Shown here: piece by piece, positions 40,949 to 51,059 of the stretch
How positions within the stretch are numbered: the first letter of the stretch is position 1
How the letters are laid out: each line of letters opens with the position of its first letter
From: Geopsychrobacteraceae bacterium
GTDB taxonomy: Bacteria; Desulfobacterota; Desulfuromonadia; Desulfuromonadales; Geopsychrobacteraceae
Reading direction: 5' to 3'
Length of the DNA stretch: 64,000 bases
NCBI GenBank assembly: GCA_963676795.2
Contig: CAXXTB010000002.1
Coordinates: 256,001-320,000, forward strand
Made by a program: the position numbers and the translations under genes
The notes under the pieces: generated by a model
Database searches by the model: none
Told to the model about the DNA's origin: nothing
What the model saw: only the letters and a program-made list of their open reading frames with translations

Positions 40949-43231
40949 TTATTCGATCTTTCCGATCAGGACGTCCCGCGGTTTGCCGCTGCCGTCCGAT
41001 GGGCCGACGATGCCTTCCAGTTCCATCCTTTCCACCATGCGTGCGGCCCGGTTGTAGCCGACTCGCAGACGCCGTTGAAGCATGGAGATGGAAGCCTGCC
41101 GGGTTTCGGAAACGATACGCAGTGCCTCGTCCCAGCGTTCGTCATATTCTTCGTCGTTCATGCCGTCGCCGGAGGAGCTTTCCGGGGCGGTGAGAATCGA
41201 CTGGTCGTATTCCGGTTTGCCCTGTTTGGACAGGTAATCAACAACACGTTGAACCTCAAGTTCGGAGACGAATGCGCCGTGAACCCGCTGCAGGTAACCG
41301 ACCCCCGGGGGCAGGAAGAGCATATCGCCCATGCCGAGCAGGGTTTCAGCCCCCATCGAGTCGAGAATGGTCCGCGAGTCGGTACGGGAGAAGACCTTGA
41401 ACGACATCCGGGTTGGAAAGTTGGCCTTGATCAGGCCGGTGATGACATCGACGCTCGGACGCTGGGTTGCCAGAATCAGGTGAATACCGGCAGCCCGAGC
41501 CATCTGAGCGAGGCGGGCGATCGATTCTTCGATCTCGCGGCCAACGACCATCATCAGGTCGGCCAGCTCATCGACGATAACCACGATATAGGGGAGATGG
41601 CCGTGGTCCAGTTCCTCTTTCGGATCGGGCTCCGGCAGCGGTGGCAGATCATCGAGAAAATCGTCACACGGATCGGCCGGTGGTGGATCCGGAACAACCT
41701 CCTTGGCTTCCTTGGCCAGCTTGCGGTTGTAACCGTCGATATTCCGCACCCCTTTGTCGGCCATCAGTTTGTAGCGGCGCTCCATCTCGCGTACCGCCCA
41801 GGCGAGAGCGAGCGAAGCTTTTTTCGGCTCGGTGACGACCGGCAACAGCAGGTGCGGTATTCCCTCGTAGATCGACAGTTCGAGCATCTTCGGGTCGATC
41901 ATGATCAGTCGGACATCATCCGGTGTGCCGCGGTAGAGCAGTGACAGAATCATGGTGTTGACCGAGACCGATTTACCACTGCCAGTCGAACCGGCGACCA
42001 GCAGGTGGGGCATTTTAGCCAGGTCGGAAACCACCACCTGGCCGAAGATGTCCTTGCCCAGAGCCATCGGCAGACGGCCACCGTTGCGCTGGAAGCCTTC
42101 GGAATCGATGATCTCCTTGAGGTAAACGGTTTCACGGTCCTTGTTCGGAATTTCGATGCCGACGACTCCGCGCCCGGGAATCGGCGCGACGATACGGATC
42201 GAGACCGCCTGCAGTGCCATCGCCAGGTCATCCTGCAGATTGTTGATCTTGTTGACCTTGACCCCCGGCGCCGGGGCGAATTCGTACATGGTGACGACCG
42301 GTCCGGGCTTGACCTCGACAACATCACCCTCGACTCCGAAGTCGAGAAGCTTCTTCTCCAGCATCTTGGCAGCCATCATCAGGCTGTCTCGATCGATCGG
42401 CTTGGGATCGCCACCGTCGTGATCGAGCAGGGAAATGCCGGGCATCCGGTAATCGCCGCTGGCTTCAAGAAACGAGAAGGCCTCCTGATTCTCTTCGGTC
42501 GGTTTTGTCTTAGCCGCTTTCTTTTTGAGTGGATTCTTAGCCTGCAGAAGTGCTGGTGGGGGGTCCGCAGACACAACAGGGGCCTTGATCTCGAGGGTTT
42601 TTCTGTCCGGTTTCTGCTTGCGCAGTTCCTTTCTGGCCTGGCGGGCTTCGCGGCGTTGTTCAAGGCGGCGGCCGAAACGCTCTAGCAGTCCGTCGATAAA
42701 AAGGACAAAGGAGACCCGGGTTGAAAGGATTGCCGCGACCAGAAAAAAGACGATCAAGACAATGGCCGCACCGCCGATGTTCAGGTAGCGGGACAGGATG
42801 TTGACGAGAATCCGGCCGATGGCTCCACCGGCTTCATCGATATGGCTGCCGAAAAAGGGGATTCGGGCCAGCTTGAGTGCAAGCAGTCCGCCCAGGGAGA
42901 TCTGCAGGATGAAGAACGCGATCAGGCGCAGTCCCCGGACATGAACATCGCGGAATTTCAGCCAGCGCCAGGCCAGCAGCAGGCAACCGAGCGGCCAGAG
43001 CAGGGCGGTGAGGCCGAAGGCCTGAAAGAGCAGATCGGCCAGGTGGGAGCCGAAGGTTCCGATCAGGTTGTGAACCTGATTGGGGCGCAAATTGTTGTTG
43101 AACGAAGGGTCGCTGTTGCTGTAGCTGCACAGGCAGACGAGCAGAAAAATCCCCAGGGCCAGCCAGACCAGGCCGAGGATCTCTTTGCGCATCCGTTTCT
43201 CTGTGGGGACTTCAGGAATCTCAGTTTTCAT
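40949..43231 (-). CDS. ftsK: DNA translocase FtsK
   Basis: N-terminal TM helices, AGSTGSGKS, LATQRPSVDV, gamma domain LRVGYNRAAR. Confidence 0.97.
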   Translation of the reverse strand: MKTEIPEVPTEKRMRKEILGLVWLALGIFLLVCLCSYSNSDPSFNNNLRPNQVHNLIGTFGSHLADLLFQAFGLTALLWPLGCLLLAWRWLKFRDVHVRGLRLIAFFILQISLGGLLALKLARIPFFGSHIDEAGGAIGRILVNILSRYLNIGGAAIVLIVFFLVAAILSTRVSFVLFIDGLLERFGRRLEQRREARQARKELRKQKPDRKTLEIKAPVVSADPPPALLQAKNPLKKKAAKTKPTEENQEAFSFLEASGDYRMPGISLLDHDGGDPKPIDRDSLMMAAKMLEKKLLDFGVEGDVVEVKPGPVVTMYEFAPAPGVKVNKINNLQDDLAMALQAVSIRIVAPIPGRGVVGIEIPNKDRETVYLKEIIDSEGFQRNGGRLPMALGKDIFGQVVVSDLAKMPHLLVAGSTGSGKSVSVNTMILSLLYRGTPDDVRLIMIDPKMLELSIYEGIPHLLLPVVTEPKKASLALAWAVREMERRYKLMADKGVRNIDGYNRKLAKEAKEVVPDPPPADPCDDFLDDLPPLPEPDPKEELDHGHLPYIVVIVDELADLMMVVGREIEESIARLAQMARAAGIHLILATQRPSVDVITGLIKANFPTRMSFKVFSRTDSRTILDSMGAETLLGMGDMLFLPPGVGYLQRVHGAFVSELEVQRVVDYLSKQGKPEYDQSILTAPESSSGDGMNDEEYDERWDEALRIVSETRQASISMLQRRLRVGYNRAARMVERMELEGIVGPSDGSGKPRDVLIGKIE

Positions 43232-43383
43232 CGCAGTGAGTAACTTTTCAGTTTTAAGGTTTGGTTGACTGTTTATGAAATCGTTGAACCGGGCCTTAGC
43301 TTACTATGCTGTTGTCAGCCAGAAAACAATAAAGTGCATGACCGGCCAGCCCCCCCTGTTACCGTTGATTGAGGGGCGTGCGC

Positions 43384-45060
43384 TTAGAGTTCAAGAATGA
43401 CCGGGATAATCAGGGGGCGGCGGGCGATCCGTTTGTTGAAACAGCGTCGCAGAACCTTGCGGACTTCAACCCGCAGCTCTTCCCAGTCGGCGACCATCTC
43501 CAGGCTGTGCTCCTGGAGCAGTTCGCAGACCGCCAGCCGCGCCTCTTCGAGGAGCAGGGCGCCCTCTTCCGTCTCCTCGGGGACGAACCCCTTGGTAAAT
43601 ATCTCCGGTCCCTGGACAATCTCACCGCTCGACTGGTTGATGGCCAGCATCAGGATGACCAGGCCGTGGTTGGCCAGGTGGCGACGGTCGCGCAGCTCCA
43701 TGCTGCCGACATCGCCAACCCCCTTGCCGTCGACCAGGATCCGTCCGGTTTCAAAGCAGGAATCAATGGCGAAGCTGTCTGCACCGATGGCCAGCTTCTG
43801 GCCGTTTTCAAGGATCAGGGTATTTTCTTTCGCCAGACCCATCGAGACGGCCAACTGGGAATGTTTGACCAGATGCCGGTACTCGCCGTGGATCGGCACG
43901 AAATAGCGTGGTTTGACCAAGCTGTGGATCAGTTTCAGCTCTTCCTGGCTGGCGTGACCTGACACGTGGACCTCGCTGGTTTTTTCGTAGATGACTTCGG
44001 CTCCGCGGCGGTACAGATTGTTGATCAGGTCGCTGATCGCTTTTTCATTACCGGGAATGAATTTGGACGAGAGGATGACCGTGTCGCCACGGGTCAGTTC
44101 GATCTGTTTATGATCGCCCAGGGCGATGCGCATTAGTGAGCTTAAGGGCTCTCCCTGGCTGCCGGTGGTGATGATCAGGACCTGTTCAGGCGGCAGATCG
44201 CGCATCTCGCGCAGGGTGATGAACTGGTCTTCCGATATCGACAGGTAACCGAGCTGGCGGGCGATATCGATGTTGCTGATCATGCTGCGGCCGTTGATCA
44301 GCAGCTTGCGTCCAGCCAGTTTGGCCGCATCGGCAATCTGTTGAATGCGGTGGATGTTGGATGAGAAGGTTGCCACGATCACCCGTCCGGCACACTGGGG
44401 GATCAGTTCGTCGAGGACCTTGCCGACGCTCTTCTCCGACAGTGTGTGTCCTTCGTTCTCGACATTGGTCGAGTCGGCCATCAGCAGCAGGACTCCTTCG
44501 TCGCCCAGCTCGCTGAGGCGGGCGAGGTCGGTGGTCTGACCGTCGACCGGCGTTGGATCGATCTTGAAATCGCCCGTGTGGACAATGGTTCCGAGCCCGG
44601 TCTTGATGGCCAGCCCGATACCGTCGACGATGGAATGGGCCACTCTGAACGGTTCGATGTTAAACGGCCCAAGATCAAAGGCATGGCGGGGCGTGATGGT
44701 GACCAACTCGACCTGGTGGTCAAGTTCGAACTCCTTGAGCTTGTTGCGCAACAGCCCCAGCGTCAGGGTAGTGGCGTAAACAGTGGGGCAGCCGAGTTTT
44801 TTCCACAGGTAGGGGATTGCGCCGATATGGTCTTCGTGACCATGGGTCAGCAGCAGACCGACGATATCTTCCTGACGCTGCTCAAGCAGATTGATGTCCG
44901 GCAGCACCAGGTCGATACCGAACATATAGGCTTCGGGGAACATCAGGCCACAGTCGATGAGCAGGATTTTGCCAGCGTACTCGAGGCCCAGCATGTTCAT
45001 GCCGATCTCGCCCAGGCCACCGAAAGGCAACAGGTAGAGGTTGTCGGAGCTGTTCGTCAT
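43384..45060 (-). CDS. rnj: Ribonuclease J
   Basis: GGLGEIGMN, THGHEDHIG, HVSGHA, PIHGE. Confidence 0.97.
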   Translation of the reverse strand: MTNSSDNLYLLPFGGLGEIGMNMLGLEYAGKILLIDCGLMFPEAYMFGIDLVLPDINLLEQRQEDIVGLLLTHGHEDHIGAIPYLWKKLGCPTVYATTLTLGLLRNKLKEFELDHQVELVTITPRHAFDLGPFNIEPFRVAHSIVDGIGLAIKTGLGTIVHTGDFKIDPTPVDGQTTDLARLSELGDEGVLLLMADSTNVENEGHTLSEKSVGKVLDELIPQCAGRVIVATFSSNIHRIQQIADAAKLAGRKLLINGRSMISNIDIARQLGYLSISEDQFITLREMRDLPPEQVLIITTGSQGEPLSSLMRIALGDHKQIELTRGDTVILSSKFIPGNEKAISDLINNLYRRGAEVIYEKTSEVHVSGHASQEELKLIHSLVKPRYFVPIHGEYRHLVKHSQLAVSMGLAKENTLILENGQKLAIGADSFAIDSCFETGRILVDGKGVGDVGSMELRDRRHLANHGLVILMLAINQSSGEIVQGPEIFTKGFVPEETEEGALLLEEARLAVCELLQEHSLEMVADWEELRVEVRKVLRRCFNKRIARRPLIIPVILEL

Positions 45061-45767
45061 GAATGGCTTTCCTGCCCCAGGTTGGCGGCGATCTGATCAT
45101 GAATGCGCTCGGTGATTTCATCCATCTGGCTATTCTCTATATTGGCCAAGTCGAGCGCCGGGGAAAAGATCACATCGATCTGTGACCCATGGATTTTCAG
45201 GCTGTCTTTCTGCATGACATCGTAACTGCCGCGGATCGTGACCGGAATAATCGGGACCTTGGCTTTCATGGCGAGCAGCAGGGCGCCCTTTTTGAAGGGT
45301 TGCAGTTTGCCGTCCGGAGTTCTGGTCCCTTCCGGAAAGATAATGACTGAAGCTCCGTCCTGAATCCTTTGGGCCGCGGCGTTGATGCTGTGCATCGCTT
45401 TGCGCCGATCGCTGCGGTCGATGGGAATATAGCCACTGCGCTTCATCGCCAGACCGAATACCGGGATTTTGAACAGCTCCTGTTTGGCCAGCCAGCGAAA
45501 CTGCAGAGGCAGCCCGGCATAGAGAATCGGAATGTCAAAATTGCTCTGATGGTTGGAAACGTAGATTACCGGCTGATCGCGAAGAATGTATTCAGCTCCG
45601 ATGACGTTGACCTTCAGTCCGGCCAGGAATGCACAGCCTTTGCCCCAAACGATGCCGACCCGGTGCGCGGCGTTGTTAGAGCCGAGCAGGGAGCCGAGGA
45701 TGGCCACGGTCAGATTGATCGCGGTCCAGGGAAAGAACAGCAGGTAGAATATAATTGTACGTAACAC
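45057..45767 (-). CDS. plsC: 1-acyl-sn-glycerol-3-phosphate acyltransferase
   Basis: NHQSNFD, FPEGTR. Confidence 0.92.
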   Translation of the reverse strand: MLRTIIFYLLFFPWTAINLTVAILGSLLGSNNAAHRVGIVWGKGCAFLAGLKVNVIGAEYILRDQPVIYVSNHQSNFDIPILYAGLPLQFRWLAKQELFKIPVFGLAMKRSGYIPIDRSDRRKAMHSINAAAQRIQDGASVIIFPEGTRTPDGKLQPFKKGALLLAMKAKVPIIPVTIRGSYDVMQKDSLKIHGSQIDVIFSPALDLANIENSQMDEITERIHDQIAANLGQESHS

Positions 45768-45975
45768 TCGATTTTGTCTCCCGTAAAATATCGTGCGACA
45801 GCATACTGATTATTTCCAGCTCAGGTCAATCTGATCGTTGCGATTTGATTTTTGGGTCATTTGTTTAAGGTTATCATTGTCGGTACTATATCAGTCTTTG
45901 ATGAGAGAGAGTATCAACTAGATCGTTGAGCGGAAACGGTTTGCGGGACTGGTTTGCCGATCTACTCGCAGATAT

Positions 45976-46004
45976 TTGACCTTCTGGTTAATTCACGTTA
46001 TGAT
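45976..46004 (+). promoter_or_regulatory. sigma70 promoter upstream of the proV leader
   Basis: TTGACC-N17-TATGAT. Confidence 0.75.
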
Positions 46005-46010
46005 TATTGC

Positions 46011-46168
46011 TTGGGCGGCATCCAGCCAGGATGTTCCGACCCGGTCCCGCAAGGCGATCGTTTAAGAGGTTTACCCCTGGTGTTCCTCGAAGATCCCTTA
46101 TCAATCAGAGTTGCGCCCGATTTGAGCTGTCCAGCTGAACCGGGTCGCGGGTCGCTCTGTCCGCTTAA
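46011..46168 (+). ncRNA. Candidate structured 5' leader RNA of proVWX
   Basis: Nested helices starting at the predicted +1, including CGACCCGGT/ACCGGGTCG. Confidence 0.5.
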
Positions 46169-46326
46169 AAAACTTAATACGTTCGTTTTTGTTTTATTTC
46201 TGCCGCGCTCTGCTGAAAAGCAGGCGACTCTTTACCCTCGTCCGCTTTTCCTCCGGCCATATTTCCATATGCAGCAGCGCACGGTTTTAATAATTTATTC
46301 AAGTTGCTGTTTTATAAGGAAAATGT

Positions 46327-47568
46327 ATGGAACAAGAAGTGAAAGTCAGCGTCCGCAATCTCTATAAGATATTCGGACCCCACCCCAAAAAAGCCCTCAA
46401 GCTCCTTGCCGACGGGCTGACCAAAGAAGAAATCTTTGCCAAAACCGATACAACCGTCGGTGTTCAGCAGGCCAGTTTCGATATCTACAGTGGAGAAATT
46501 TTCGTCATCATGGGGCTGTCAGGCTCAGGAAAATCGACCATGGTGCGGATGCTCAACCGTTTGATCGAGCCGACCTCGGGAGCGGTTCTGATCGATGGTG
46601 AGGATATCACCAAGATGGCGGATGATCAGCTGGTCAAGCTGCGGCGCAAAAAGATGAGCATGGTTTTTCAGTCCTTTGCCCTGATGCCCCATCTGACGGT
46701 ACTTCAGAATGCCGCCTTCGGTCTCGAGCTGGATGGTGTTGATAAAACCGTCCGGGAGGAACGGGCGCTGAAAGCGCTGGAGCAGGTCGGCCTGGAGGCC
46801 TGGGCGCAGAGCAAGCCGAATGAACTATCCGGCGGGATGCAGCAGCGGGTCGGTCTGGCGCGTGGCCTCGCCGTCGATCCGGATATTCTGCTCATGGACG
46901 AAGCTTTTTCAGCTCTGGATCCATTGATCCGTACCGAGATGCAGGATGAACTTCTCAAGCTTCAGGCCAAAGCACAGCGGACCATCGTTTTCATTTCTCA
47001 CGATCTGGATGAAGCGATGCGCATTGGTGACCGGATTGCGATCATGGAAGGGGGCAACGTGGTCCAGGTCGGTACGCCTGAAGAGATTCTCCAGAATCCG
47101 GCCAATGACTATGTCCGCGCCTTTTTCCGTGGTGTCGACCCGACGAACATCCTGACCGCTGCGGATATTGCCCGGGATACCCAGGTCACGGTTATCCGGC
47201 ACCCGCATGAGAGCCCCCGCGCCGCCCTGCAGCGGTTGATCAATCATGACCGTGACTATGGCTATGTCCTTGACGCGGAGCGTCGTTTTGTCGGTGTTGT
47301 TTCCACCGATTCTATTCGCGAACTGCTTGACAGCGACAGTGAGAATAAAAAACTCAGCGACGCCTTTCTGTCAGAGGCCTGCTGCCGTCAAGCCGGCGAA
47401 TCGATGCAGGATATTCTGCCTGACATCACCAGCTATCCCTGGCCGCTGCCGATTGTCAATGAACAGGGCAAGTACCTTGGGGTCATTTCCAAGAACCAGT
47501 TTCTCAAGACCCTGCATCGTGAGCAGGTGGATGTTGAAGAGAGTGTGACTACGGAGCCGAGCAACTGA
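46327..47568 (+). CDS. proV: Glycine betaine/proline ABC transporter ATPase with CBS domains
   Basis: [34 protein letters not shown]. Confidence 0.96.
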   Translation: MEQEVKVSVRNLYKIFGPHPKKALKLLADGLTKEEIFAKTDTTVGVQQASFDIYSGEIFVIMGLSGSGKSTMVRMLNRLIEPTSGAVLIDGEDITKMADDQLVKLRRKKMSMVFQSFALMPHLTVLQNAAFGLELDGVDKTVREERALKALEQVGLEAWAQSKPNELSGGMQQRVGLARGLAVDPDILLMDEAFSALDPLIRTEMQDELLKLQAKAQRTIVFISHDLDEAMRIGDRIAIMEGGNVVQVGTPEEILQNPANDYVRAFFRGVDPTNILTAADIARDTQVTVIRHPHESPRAALQRLINHDRDYGYVLDAERRFVGVVSTDSIRELLDSDSENKKLSDAFLSEACCRQAGESMQDILPDITSYPWPLPIVNEQGKYLGVISKNQFLKTLHREQVDVEESVTTEPSN

Positions 47569-48407
47569 TGAGATTCCTTAATTTTGAAGACCAGCTAATT
47601 CCCCTAGATCAATGGATCCAGCAGTTTGTCGACTGGCTGGTTATGAACTACCGCGACTTTTTCCAGATCATCAAGGTTCCCCTCGACCTTATCTTGAACG
47701 GGCTGCAGTGGGTCCTGATGACCCTGCCACCCGTTGTCGTCATTCTGATCTTTATCGTTCTGGCCTGGCGTTATGCAAGCAAGGTCGTTGCTGTCTTCAG
47801 CCTGGTGACCTTTATGCTGATCGGTTACCTGGGCTTGTGGGAAGACACTATGACGACTCTGGCGATGGTCATCTGCGCTGTTATCGTCTGTGCCGTAGTC
47901 GGAATTCCGCTTGGAATCATGGCTGGGCGCAGTGACCGCTTCGAGATGATCCTGCGCCCATTCTTAGACGCCATGCAGACAACTCCCGCCTTCGTTTATC
48001 TTGTTCCTGTGGTTATGTTGTTCAGTATTGGTACTGTTTCAGGAATTCTGGCAACGATATTTTTTGCTCTGCCACCGATTATCCGTCTCACCAGCCTGGG
48101 CATTCGCCAGGTCCATCCCGAACTGGTCGAAGCCGCCATCGCTTTCGGTGCGACTCCCTGGCAGGTGCTGCGTCGGGTGCAGTTCCCGCTGGCCCTGCCT
48201 TCGGTCATGGCTGGCCTCAATCAGACCATCATGATGGCCCTGTCGATGGTCGTTATCGCTTCCATGATCGGTGCCGGAGGCTTGGGCAATCCGGTTGTTC
48301 AAGGACTGAATACGCTGGAGATCGGCCTGGCAACGATCGGTGGTCTGGCTATCGTTCTGCTGGCCATGGTCTTGGACCGCATCACCCAGGGCTTTGGCAA
48401 AAGATGA
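47568..48407 (+). CDS. proW: Glycine betaine/proline ABC transporter permease
   Basis: LDAMQTTPAFVYLVP, AGLNQTIMMALSMVV. Confidence 0.95.
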   Translation: MRFLNFEDQLIPLDQWIQQFVDWLVMNYRDFFQIIKVPLDLILNGLQWVLMTLPPVVVILIFIVLAWRYASKVVAVFSLVTFMLIGYLGLWEDTMTTLAMVICAVIVCAVVGIPLGIMAGRSDRFEMILRPFLDAMQTTPAFVYLVPVVMLFSIGTVSGILATIFFALPPIIRLTSLGIRQVHPELVEAAIAFGATPWQVLRRVQFPLALPSVMAGLNQTIMMALSMVVIASMIGAGGLGNPVVQGLNTLEIGLATIGGLAIVLLAMVLDRITQGFGKR

Positions 48408-48530
48408 TCGCGTCGCAAAAACTCGCCAACGGCTGTGTTGCTGTAATGATCTCGCTGCTTCGACGTAGATAGGTACGTCTCATTGCTCAATCATTACGTG
48501 CCTAGCATTTGACGCTTTTTGCTTAGCCAT
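48406..48530. repeat. ~125-bp imperfect palindromic intergenic element
   Basis: GCAAAAA/TTTTTGC, GTAATGAT/ATCATTAC, GACGTA/TACGTC nested inverted repeats. Confidence 0.65.
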
Positions 48531-48597
48531 TCGTTTTGACACTGTTTGAAAACGACAGGTTAAATCCACAACCTATAAATCAACCAAAGGAGACAAC

Positions 48598-49617
48598 ATG
48601 AAACGTATTTTGTTCGCAGTGCTGATCCTCTGCCTGGCGGCAACCGTCCAGGCCGCTCCGAATCAGCCGGGAAAAGGTGTCAAGGTTCAACCGGCCCGGG
48701 CAACCTGGAATACCGGCTATTTCCAGGAGGCCCTGGTTCGTGCCGGGCTTGAAGAGCTCGGCTACAAGGTCAGCAAGCCAAAAGAGTTGCAGAACCCGAT
48801 CTTTTACCAGTCTGTCGCTCTTGGTGATGTCGATTACTGGACCAATGGCTGGTTTCCGATGCACGATAGCCAGTTGCCAAAGAATTTTTATTCCAAGGCT
48901 GAGAAGGTCGGTTATGTCGCCAAGGCTGGTGGGATGCAGGGCTACCTGGTTTCCAAACGCGATGTCGAGAAGTATGGCATCAAATCACTGGAGGACTTCA
49001 AGCGCCCCGAAGTCATCAAGGCGTTTGACGCCAATGGTGACGGGAAGGCCGACCTGACTGCCTGTCCTCCGGGCTGGGGTTGTGAAAAAGTGATCAGCCA
49101 CCACCTTGAGGCTTACGGTCTGGAGAACTACATCAACCCGGTCAAGGCCTCCTATTCGGCCAGCATGGCGGATGCCATCGCCCGCTACAACGCGGGAAAA
49201 CCGGCTTTCTTCTATACCTGGACACCAAACTGGACCGTATTCAAACTCAAGCCGGGACAGGATGTTGAGTGGATCAACGTTCCGGAAATCAAGCCAACCG
49301 AGGCGCAGCAGAGCGCGGCAGACAGAATGACCGTTTCGGGTGTCGATGGAGCAGTGTCCGATCCGCTCAAGGCTGGTTTTGTTGTCAGTGACATTCAGGT
49401 TGTCGCCAACAAGAAGTTTCTGGCCAAGAACCCTGCGGCCGGGAAATTTCTCGAGGTTTTCAACCTTTCTCTGTCCGACATCAGCGAGCAGAACACCCGT
49501 ATGGAGAATGGCGAGAAGTCTCAGAGGGATATCGAGCGTCATGCGCAGGAGTGGATCGCCGCTCATAAAGAGCAGTGGAATTCCTGGCTTGAGGCCGCCC
49601 GCGCTGCTGCAAAATAG
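48598..49617 (+). CDS. proX: Glycine betaine/proline substrate-binding protein
   Basis: Signal peptide; FDANGDGKADLTACPPGWGCE; YTWTPNW. Confidence 0.95.
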   Translation: MKRILFAVLILCLAATVQAAPNQPGKGVKVQPARATWNTGYFQEALVRAGLEELGYKVSKPKELQNPIFYQSVALGDVDYWTNGWFPMHDSQLPKNFYSKAEKVGYVAKAGGMQGYLVSKRDVEKYGIKSLEDFKRPEVIKAFDANGDGKADLTACPPGWGCEKVISHHLEAYGLENYINPVKASYSASMADAIARYNAGKPAFFYTWTPNWTVFKLKPGQDVEWINVPEIKPTEAQQSAADRMTVSGVDGAVSDPLKAGFVVSDIQVVANKKFLAKNPAAGKFLEVFNLSLSDISEQNTRMENGEKSQRDIERHAQEWIAAHKEQWNSWLEAARAAAK

Positions 49618-49643
49618 TCAGCGGCCAGCATAGCAGAATACAT

Positions 49644-49674
49644 AAGGCCCCTCAGCAAATGAGGGGCTTTTTTT
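49644..49674 (+). terminator. Intrinsic terminator
   Basis: AGGCCCCTCA/TGAGGGGCTT plus T run. Confidence 0.8.
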
Positions 49675-51058
49675 ATCCGTGAAAAGGCGGTTCGATGACT
49701 CTGATTTTTTTCCACGTCCCCTTATGGTAGCGCAGATAGAAGATGGCGCTGAAAGTCATAAAGACGCAGATCAGCAGAATCCATGCGTTCAGCGGATTCA
49801 GGTTCAGGGTTTTTAGCGAGATCAGCAGCAGCGGAATCAGCAACCAGTGCATGCAGACCGAGATCAGCATGGTCCAGAAGGTATCCCCGGCACCGCGCAG
49901 CGCACCGCTGAAAACAACCATGATCGCGTCCGCAAGTACGTAGAATGCAGCCAGGCGCAGCATGGTGGCGGCCAGCGGAAAGGCGGAGACGAAGAGGGGT
50001 CCCACATCGTCCGGCTTGAAAACATTGACAAGCAGATCCGGAATAGAGGCAAAGAGGATCAGGATCAGCAGCGAATAGCCAAAGGCCATTTTTAGCGCCG
50101 ACATGGTGGCCCGTGCTGCAGTTTCCACCTGACCTGCCCCCATGTAACGGCCGACCAGGCTGACGACACCGACCTGGATGCCCAGCAGCGGGACGAATGA
50201 GACCAGATCCCAGTTAAAGACTATAGTGACCGCTGTGGCTGTCACCGGTCCATCCGAATGAAAAATCAGGATGACGATATTGAAAGCGAGCAGGTTGAGA
50301 AACATTTCCAGCCCTGAAGGGGAACCGTAACGCAGTAGCTTTTTAAGCAGTTCAAAGTCAAGGTGAAAGGACTCGCTGATGCGGTAGCTGTTGCGGTTGT
50401 GTCTGTTGAAATAGGCAAAAAGCAGAATCAGCAGGCCGCAACTGCTGCTGGCCAGTGTTCCGTAGGCGGCCCCTTTCAGTCCCAGGGCTGGTAGCCCGAG
50501 ATGGCCGAAGATCAGGCAATAGTTGAAGAATATGTTAAGCAGCATGGTGATGAAGGTGGCAAACAGGACAATTCTGGTTTTACCGATCCCTGAGAAGAAA
50601 CTGCTCAGACAGGTGCGCAACAGAGCCGGCATGGCACCGTAAACGAGCAGGTTGAAATAGACTATCTGTAGAGGCAGTTGCTCGGCCGACACCCCGGTCA
50701 GTATAAAAAGTTTGTGAACCAGGGGACGAAAAAACAGCAACAGGGGAGCGGCAATCAGGGAAATTATTGCCGCCTGAAAGACCACCCGTGAACATTGCCT
50801 GGGCTGACCGGCCCCGAGGTACTGTGCGCTTAAGGCTGTGACATATCCGACCAGGCCGATGAAGAAGGTCATCAGCATGAAGCTGCTCAAGCCACCGCCC
50901 ATCGACGCGTTCATGGCTGTCGGGCTTAAGCGTGACAGAAACAGCCGGTCGGTAAAGATCAGTGCTGTTTCGCAGCCATGCGAGGCAACCATCGGCAGGG
51001 CGATGGCCAGCATCTCTCGGAATCCGCCGGGGAGCGGTGCTCTAACGGTCCTTTTCAT
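49673..51058 (-). CDS. MATE family efflux transporter
   Basis: About 12 TM segments; FGHLGLPALGLKGAA, GALRGAGDT. Confidence 0.92.
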   Translation of the reverse strand: MKRTVRAPLPGGFREMLAIALPMVASHGCETALIFTDRLFLSRLSPTAMNASMGGGLSSFMLMTFFIGLVGYVTALSAQYLGAGQPRQCSRVVFQAAIISLIAAPLLLFFRPLVHKLFILTGVSAEQLPLQIVYFNLLVYGAMPALLRTCLSSFFSGIGKTRIVLFATFITMLLNIFFNYCLIFGHLGLPALGLKGAAYGTLASSSCGLLILLFAYFNRHNRNSYRISESFHLDFELLKKLLRYGSPSGLEMFLNLLAFNIVILIFHSDGPVTATAVTIVFNWDLVSFVPLLGIQVGVVSLVGRYMGAGQVETAARATMSALKMAFGYSLLILILFASIPDLLVNVFKPDDVGPLFVSAFPLAATMLRLAAFYVLADAIMVVFSGALRGAGDTFWTMLISVCMHWLLIPLLLISLKTLNLNPLNAWILLICVFMTFSAIFYLRYHKGTWKKIRVIEPPFHG

Positions 51059-51059
51059 T

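Noticed and set aside
46011..46168. 6S RNA or c-di-AMP riboswitch call
   Set aside because: Only short motif echoes (GATGTTC, TGAACC; GCCCGA, CAGCT); the expected pairings and 6S zapA/ygfA context are absent
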